A stretch of 64,000 nt of DNA from Bacillota bacterium. GTDB taxonomy: Bacteria; Bacillota; Limnochordia; DTU087. A model generated the notes under the pieces. That model did not search any database, was not told the origin of the DNA, and saw only the letters and a list, made by a program, of their open reading frames with translations. This document shows positions 59,013 to 64,000 of the stretch, piece after piece (the first letter of the stretch is position 1; each line of letters opens with the position of its first letter). The DNA is taken from contig JAAYQZ010000086.1 in the NCBI GenBank assembly GCA_012519025.1, forward strand, positions 3,447-67,446. The letters run 5' to 3'. The translations under genes and the position numbers were made by a program.

Positions 59013-59537
59013 ATGGATACCTTGGCGAGTCAGGTATATGGATTTTCTGCAACCATTGCCGCTGGCCTTAGTTTAGGCCTGCTTTTTGATCTTTACAGAC
59101 TTTGGCGTCGGGCTACTCGTCCTCAAAAATTTGTGACCGCTGTCCAAGATATTTTATTCTGGGTGGTGGCCACACCGGTCACTTATTTTTATCTGGTCAT
59201 GGGCAATTGGGCAGAACTTAGATTTCACGTATTTTTGGGTCTCGCGTTGGGGTTGCTGTTGTATTTCGGTGTTTTCAGTTTGATCGTTCGACATCTGGTG
59301 TTAGCCTTAATGCATTTCATCGGCTCCTTTTTCAAAACTTTGACACAAAGTATTTGGTTTTTGGTAAGCATACCTTTGGAAGGCGCCGCACGTTGGAATT
59401 TGGCTCGGCGACGTCACAGCCGGCCGCGGCATACTGGGCACGGAATTGTGCGGCCCAATATTGCCAAAGTGAGGGCTGTGTGGGGCGGCAGATCTAAGTG
59501 GCGGCCCGCCAGGTTTTCGATATTTAGGCATCGTTAA
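59013..59537 (+). CDS. yabQ: Spore cortex biosynthesis protein YabQ
   Basis: Membrane protein that follows yabP, as in B. subtilis. Family-like hydrophobic pattern. Confidence 0.6.
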   Translation: MDTLASQVYGFSATIAAGLSLGLLFDLYRLWRRATRPQKFVTAVQDILFWVVATPVTYFYLVMGNWAELRFHVFLGLALGLLLYFGVFSLIVRHLVLALMHFIGSFFKTLTQSIWFLVSIPLEGAARWNLARRRHSRPRHTGHGIVRPNIAKVRAVWGGRSKWRPARFSIFRHR

Positions 59538-59602
59538 GCATTTATTGCAGGAGCTTCCAAACCCCTTGCAGAAAGACTTAGACATACAAGGAGGGGGAAC
59601 CG

Positions 59603-60010
59603 ATGGCGGAAAAAGTGATTTCCCTTGCTGCCCGACGTAAACAATCCAAGCAACCGCGAAGGCGCTGGAGGGCTACACCTAAAGTCTTTGTCTTTATCTT
59701 ATGCATTATATGCATTCGTATTGGCGGTGGCTTTGCTGTTCGTTATTTCAATATAATTAGGCTTCAAAGCAAGGTTACCAGGATACAACGGGAAATCGTT
59801 GCTTTCGAACAGCGTAATGACGCTATCAGAGAAGAAATAGAGCACATGCAAAGCGATGAATATATTGAACGAGTTGCCAGGGAAAAACTTGGTTTAGTTA
59901 AACCGGGTGAAGTAATTTATAAGCCGGTGAGGCCTGCCGGGCACGATGATCCTCTGGATGTTCCAAAGCGCTCCGGGACAAACGATGTTTTGGCCGGAGG
60001 AGGATATTAA
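59603..60010 (+). CDS. divIC: Septum formation initiator DivIC/FtsB
   Basis: Single TM segment, then a coiled coil (LQSKVTRIQREIVAFEQRNDAIREEIEHMQSDEYIERVARE). Confidence 0.7.
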   Translation: MAEKVISLAARRKQSKQPRRRWRATPKVFVFILCIICIRIGGGFAVRYFNIIRLQSKVTRIQREIVAFEQRNDAIREEIEHMQSDEYIERVAREKLGLVKPGEVIYKPVRPAGHDDPLDVPKRSGTNDVLAGGGY

Positions 60011-60149
60011 CTGTTAGAGGAGCACAGAATCTGATATACTTTTTAGGGGGGTATATCAGGTTTTTTGCGTTAGAGCCCCAAAACACACTACCTTTGGTAA
60101 ATACTTGTCGATTGCCATGGGGTTATGTGGCAAAGGAGGCAGTATTGCA

Positions 60150-60898
60150 TGTTTAAAGGGATGCGTATAATAGTGATTGCACTGCTCTTGGTCGCTATTG
60201 GAAGTGTCAGTGGTTATGCTGATTTTCCATCACCAAGGGGTTTTGTAAATGATTTTGCCGGGGTCATCGATACCTCATCGGCGAATGACATCAATGAATT
60301 GGCGTCTGCTTTAAAAGATGAACAAGGAATCGAACTTGCAGTTGTTACCATTGAATCCAGCGAGCCTTTCGTGCCAAAGGACTATGCAACTACACTGTTT
60401 AACGAATGGGGAATTGGCGGACCGGAGGACAGTGGTCTACTGATGCTTTTGGCTCTGAAAGAACGGGAGGTTCAGGTCGAGGTAGGCTATGGTTTGGAAG
60501 GCGTGCTTCCGGACGGCAAAGTGGGCGGTATTCTTGACCAGGTTGCTTTACCCCACTTTGGAAGAGGGGATTATGGAAAAGGTTTCTTGGAAGCCGCCTT
60601 GGCGTTTAGAAGTGAGCTGGCGGGCGAACATTATACTGCAGCCAAGGAAGAGGATGAGTTTCGCGCTTCATTGATTTCCTTCCTGATCTTAGCCGCTATA
60701 ATCTATTTCTTGTACCACCGAGGGCCCAGGCGGCCTGTCGGTCCGGGGGGGACTATTTCCCGAACAGGCCCAATGTACCCTGGAACGATCCGATCTTCTC
60801 GCCCATCTGGTGGCCGGGGTGGCGGGCTTGGCGGCGGCCGGGGCGGTGGCTTTGGCGGCGGTCGCAGTGGTGGAGGTGGAGCGGGCAGGAAGTTTTAA
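60150..60898 (+). CDS. TPM-domain protein with a C-terminal TM segment and a Gly/Arg-rich tail
   Basis: Signal peptide. TPM/YgcG-type domain (FVNDFAGVI...LLMLLALKEREVQVEVGYGLEG). Confidence 0.65.
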
Positions 60899-60922
60899 TC
60901 ACAGTCAAAGGGGGAGTGACGT

Positions 60923-61477
60923 ATGAAAAAGGGTCTGATTATTGCCGGTGTAATAATTCTTGTTTTAGTATTTACCGTGGCGGGGCAGTATAACAGCCTT
61001 GTTGGTTTGGAAACCAATGTTGATGCTCGGTGGGCTCAGGTTGAAAACCAGCTGCAGCGGAGGGCAGATCTTATCCCTAATCTAGTGAATACTGTGAAAG
61101 GATATGCCAGCCATGAAGAAGGGATTTTTACGGATATAGCAGAGGCGCGAGGCAGGTTGTTAGCTGCTGGTGATCCCCAAGCTGCAGCAGAGGCCAACGA
61201 AGGGCTTGATTCAGCTCTTGGCAGGCTGCTTGCTATTGCCGAAAACTACCCGGAACTGAAAGCTGACACAAGTTTTGTGCGACTGCAAGATGAACTAGCA
61301 GGGACGGAAAATCGGATTGCAGTAGAACGCATGCGCTACAACGAATCCATCGAAAATTGGAATCGAACCATTTTGAGATTCCCAACAGTTATCATAGCTA
61401 GGCTTATGGGCAAAGTGTCCCGACCTTATTTCGAAGCGGCAGAGAGTGCCAGGGACGTACCGATGGTGGAATTCTAA
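60923..61477 (+). CDS. lemA: LemA family protein
   Basis: N-terminal TM segment plus LemA motifs (YNSLV.L...V...WAQVENQLQRRADLIPNLV.TVKGYA.HE). Confidence 0.75.
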   Translation: MKKGLIIAGVIILVLVFTVAGQYNSLVGLETNVDARWAQVENQLQRRADLIPNLVNTVKGYASHEEGIFTDIAEARGRLLAAGDPQAAAEANEGLDSALGRLLAIAENYPELKADTSFVRLQDELAGTENRIAVERMRYNESIENWNRTILRFPTVIIARLMGKVSRPYFEAAESARDVPMVEF

Positions 61478-61501
61478 TTAGGTATTATTACACATGGCAA
61501 A

Positions 61502-61543
61502 GGGCACAAAGGTTCTAGTTTAAACCTATGGCTGTGCCCTTTT
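61502..61543 (+). terminator. Rho-independent terminator after lemA
   Basis: GGGCACA ... TGTGCCC stem followed by TTTT. The hairpin can extend to a 13-bp stem, GGCAAAGGGCACA / TGTGCCCTTTTGCC. Confidence 0.5.
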
Positions 61544-61559
61544 GCCGTTGTGGCATCTA

Positions 61560-61588
61560 TTGACACTAAATTGCCGATAATGTATACT
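61560..61588 (+). promoter_or_regulatory. SigA-type promoter for yabR
   Basis: TTGACA, a 17-nt spacer, then TGTATACT. Confidence 0.45.
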
Positions 61589-61641
61589 ATACCCTAGCGG
61601 GTCAAGGCCCGTAAATTCTATGAGGAGGCATATATTTACGT

Positions 61642-62025
61642 ATGGCAATCGAAGTCGGCGGCATTGTCGAGGGGAGAGTCACCGGTATTACGAATTTCGG
61701 CGCTTTCGTGGAGCTGGCCGATGGCAAAACGGGGTTAGTCCATATTTCTGAAATAGCCGACGCCTATGTCAAAGATATCAATGACTATCTCAAGCAAGAT
61801 GAGACAGTAAAGGTAAAAGTCATTAATATTGATGGCAATAAAATTGGTTTGTCTATTAAACAGGTTGATGGTGGCAATAATAGAAATAGATACAACCGAC
61901 GGGCTTCTCGCCAGGATTTTGAAGATAGGCTTTCCAAGTTTCTCAAGGACAGCGATCAAAGGCAACAGGATCTCAGAAGAAGTATGGATTCCAAGCGGGG
62001 AGGTCGTGGAGGCCCACGGTTTTAA
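61642..62025 (+). CDS. yabR: S1 RNA-binding domain protein YabR
   Basis: S1 fold (G.IVEG.V..I..FGAFV.L..G..GL.HISE). Follows divIC, as in B. subtilis. Confidence 0.75.
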   Translation: MAIEVGGIVEGRVTGITNFGAFVELADGKTGLVHISEIADAYVKDINDYLKQDETVKVKVINIDGNKIGLSIKQVDGGNNRNRYNRRASRQDFEDRLSKFLKDSDQRQQDLRRSMDSKRGGRGGPRF

Positions 62026-62071
62026 AATATTAACATACTATATTAAAAACAGCTTAGTTGAGATAAGCTAA

Positions 62072-62099
62072 GAGGGCGCCACCAGGCGCCTTGTTTGTG
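62072..62099 (+). terminator. Terminator-like hairpin after yabR
   Basis: GGGCGCC acca GGCGCC followed by TTGTTTGTG. Confidence 0.4.
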
Positions 62100-62156
62100 C
62101 TCTGTGTGATTTTCCGCGGGTGGAATACCAAAACATAAGGTGGGAGGTCTGGGCTG

Positions 62157-62759
62157 TTGGATGTTCCGCAAGGTGAGCTAAGTCCTAATGATTTAGATAA
62201 AATTGCCCACCAAATAGGCCGCAAACCTCGGGGGGTTGTCGCGGTTGTGAAGCGCTGTAAGGCACACCATCCACAGGTGATTGCAACCTATCCCTTGCGT
62301 TGGGGCAGTGGGATGCCTCAGATTTTCCCAACATTATACTGGCTTACCTGTCCGGCTTTAGTTCGCACGGTAGGGGATTTTGAAACAGATGGTTGGGTAG
62401 GAAGATTCCAACAACAGATGCTTTCTAATGATAATTTGCGGCAGGATTGGGAAGCCGCCCATGCTGACTATGCCAAGGCCAGGATGGCACTGGTTCCCGA
62501 AAAGGTGTTGGTTGAGTTAAGGGAAAGGTTTCCCGGACAATCTGAGGTACTTGAAACAGCGGGTGTGGGTGGGATTAGGGGTGAAGGTATTAAGTGTTTA
62601 CACACGAATCTGGCCCATACGTTGACTGGTGCCCATAACCCAATAGGTGAATTAGTGCTTGGACTGCTTGCGGCGCAGGGGAAGATCCCAGACTATTGTT
62701 ATGACGATGCTTTAGAGTGTTTCTGTAGTCTTGGCCACAGTGCAGAAGGTGGCTCCTAA
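62157..62759 (+). CDS. DUF501 family protein
   Basis: Conserved IFPTLYWLTCP motif. Confidence 0.6.
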   Translation: MDVPQGELSPNDLDKIAHQIGRKPRGVVAVVKRCKAHHPQVIATYPLRWGSGMPQIFPTLYWLTCPALVRTVGDFETDGWVGRFQQQMLSNDNLRQDWEAAHADYAKARMALVPEKVLVELRERFPGQSEVLETAGVGGIRGEGIKCLHTNLAHTLTGAHNPIGELVLGLLAAQGKIPDYCYDDALECFCSLGHSAEGGS

Positions 62760-62884
62760 CCAAAAGCTGCCGTGGTGACCGCAAATCACCATAGAGACCA
62801 TAATAAAAGGGTCAGTCAAATGGGAATTTCGGCGAGGGATGTTGACCTGAATCCTTAAGTGTTGTATAATAACTTCGCTAGTCT

Positions 62885-62975
62885 GCCGGAGTGGCGAAAC
62901 AGGCATACGCGACAGACTTAAAATCTGTTGATCCCTTCTAAGGTCGTGCGGGTTCGAGTCCCGCCTCCGGCACCA
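62885..62975 (+). tRNA. tRNA-Leu (anticodon TAA), type II with a long variable arm. CCA is encoded
   Basis: Acceptor stem GCCGGAG/CTCCGGC, anticodon loop CTTAAAA, T-arm GGTTCGAGTCC, and 3' ACCA. Confidence 0.85.
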
Positions 62976-62979
62976 ATTG

Positions 62980-63006
62980 CCGCTCTTTGCAAAAAGGGCG
63001 GTTTTT
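62980..63006 (+). terminator. Terminator after tRNA-Leu
   Basis: CCGCTCTTT gcaa AAAGGGCGG stem, then TTTTT. Confidence 0.5.
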
Positions 63007-63085
63007 CATTATCTGATCTGCACTGATACGGCACCAGCATTTTACCAAGCGGCCCGGGTGAGGCGGGAAGGAAAGGAAGAAGCTA

Positions 63086-63280
63086 TTGAAACCGGAAGAT
63101 GTGATTTGGAGGCTGCTGGAGCAGTTTGCGATGCAGCTGCAGCTCCTAGACGAATCTCAGGAGCTTTTAGACCCTAAAAAACAAGAAGATCTGATGATTA
63201 TTCTTGGGGAATGTGAACAGCTGACTCGAACGCAAATTAACATTTTACGACGAATTGGGCGTAGGTATGGGGTAACATAG
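63086..63280 (+). CDS. Small hypothetical ORF, 64 aa. Weak call
   Basis: ORF only. No clear RBS or family. Confidence 0.2.
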   Translation: MKPEDVIWRLLEQFAMQLQLLDESQELLDPKKQEDLMIILGECEQLTRTQINILRRIGRRYGVT

Positions 63281-63360
63281 AGTTTGGTAATACCAAACCA
63301 AGTTTTAGGGAAGAGTTAACAGGGAAGAGTTAACATCAAAGTAATTTACCATTTTCCGGT

Positions 63361-63394
63361 AAACATAAAGGGCGGATCCCGAAGGATCCACCCC
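63361..63394 (-). terminator. Rho-independent terminator for the minus-strand SASP gene
   Basis: On the minus strand: GGGTGGATCC ttcg GGATCCGCCC followed by TTTATGTTT. 10-bp stem with a UUCG-type loop. Confidence 0.5.
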
Positions 63395-63424
63395 TGCTGA
63401 CTCCCACCGGTTTCACGGAGTATG

Positions 63425-63721
63425 TTAATTGGCAGGAGTTACATTCACTTTACTGGGATCCTGAGTGGTGGTCAGTCCTTGCTGAAAGCCCTGACGCACT
63501 CCGGAAATGGTCTGCTCAATTAATGACTGCTCGGCAGCGGCAATCATTTTGCGGACCATATTCCCACCAACTGCTCCGCACTGGCGGGAAGGTAGTTCAC
63601 CCCAGTAGTCGTTTTCCGGGACCTGGATGCCGAGTTCGTTTGCAGTTTCGTATTTGAGCTGATCCAGCGCCTGGTAGGCGGCGGGGTTAACCGGTACATT
63701 ACGCTTTTGGCCTGTGCCCAT
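63425..63721 (-). CDS. Small acid-soluble spore protein, alpha/beta type (second paralog, with a C-terminal extension)
   Basis: MGTGQKRNV...ETANELGIQV...CGAVGGNMVRKMIAAAEQ, then a 25-aa Q/T-rich tail. ATG preceded by GGAGGTGAAATAC. The ORF-track start at 63907 is too long. Confidence 0.8.
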   Translation of the reverse strand: MGTGQKRNVPVNPAAYQALDQLKYETANELGIQVPENDYWGELPSRQCGAVGGNMVRKMIAAAEQSLIEQTISGVRQGFQQGLTTTQDPSKVNVTPAN

Positions 63722-63919
63722 GTATTTCACCTCCTTATCATGACCACCTATAGTGTGTGAACAACATGTCGGTGCTATGCTAGAATAGGTTGGATGGGCG
63801 AAAATCAAAGCCCATAAGTGAGATATGTTGGTGCAGACCCGTCGGTCGAAAACCGGACCGACTTGACACATCTTGTGAGTATGGTATAATACTGATTGTA
63901 AACACAAAAGACGATTCGG

Positions 63920-63996
<77 letters not shown>

Positions 63997-64000
63997 CTCC

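Overview
This window reads as a core, chromosome-origin-proximal segment of an endospore-forming Firmicute (Clostridia-like, about 50% GC by eye). That placement is inferred from gene content and gene order; no database search was run. Gene order follows the Bacillus subtilis oriC-proximal layout: mnmG-rsmG-noc-soj-spo0J ... yyaC ... ychF-rpsF-ssb-rpsR ... rplI ... dnaB-helicase ... yabE-like - ksgA - veg ... ispE ... glmU-prs-ctc-pth-mfd-spoVT-spoVB-like ... yabP-yabQ-divIC-yabR, ending in tRNA-Leu and initiator tRNA-Met. On top of that backbone there is a complete glycine-cleavage operon (gcvT-H-PA-PB) with pheA attached, a lonC-type sporulation protease, aroE, ddl, an ABC-F ATPase, two alpha/beta-type SASP paralogs, and several sporulation cell-wall genes (cwlD-like amidase, a SipL/DUF3794-LysM protein, an RsfA-like regulator, a DacF-like carboxypeptidase, spoIID). 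I found no CRISPR array, transposase, integrase or prophage signature. The things I would look at again are: (1) two parS centromere sites (one a perfect 30-bp palindrome) lying between a larB-larC pair that is itself inserted between spo0J and yyaC; (2) a perfect Noc-binding-site palindrome inside the noc gene; (3) a second, divergent mnmG paralog directly upstream of mnmG; (4) a two-gene minus-strand cassette of unknown function whose 3' end overlaps aroE convergently; (5) a gcv operon with a long leader but no recognisable glycine riboswitch; (6) a GntR plus nucleotidyltransferase pair that takes the place of purR-yabJ-spoVG upstream of glmU. All coordinates and starts were assigned by eye from the sequence and the ORF track; alternative start codons are noted where the ORF-track start looks too long.
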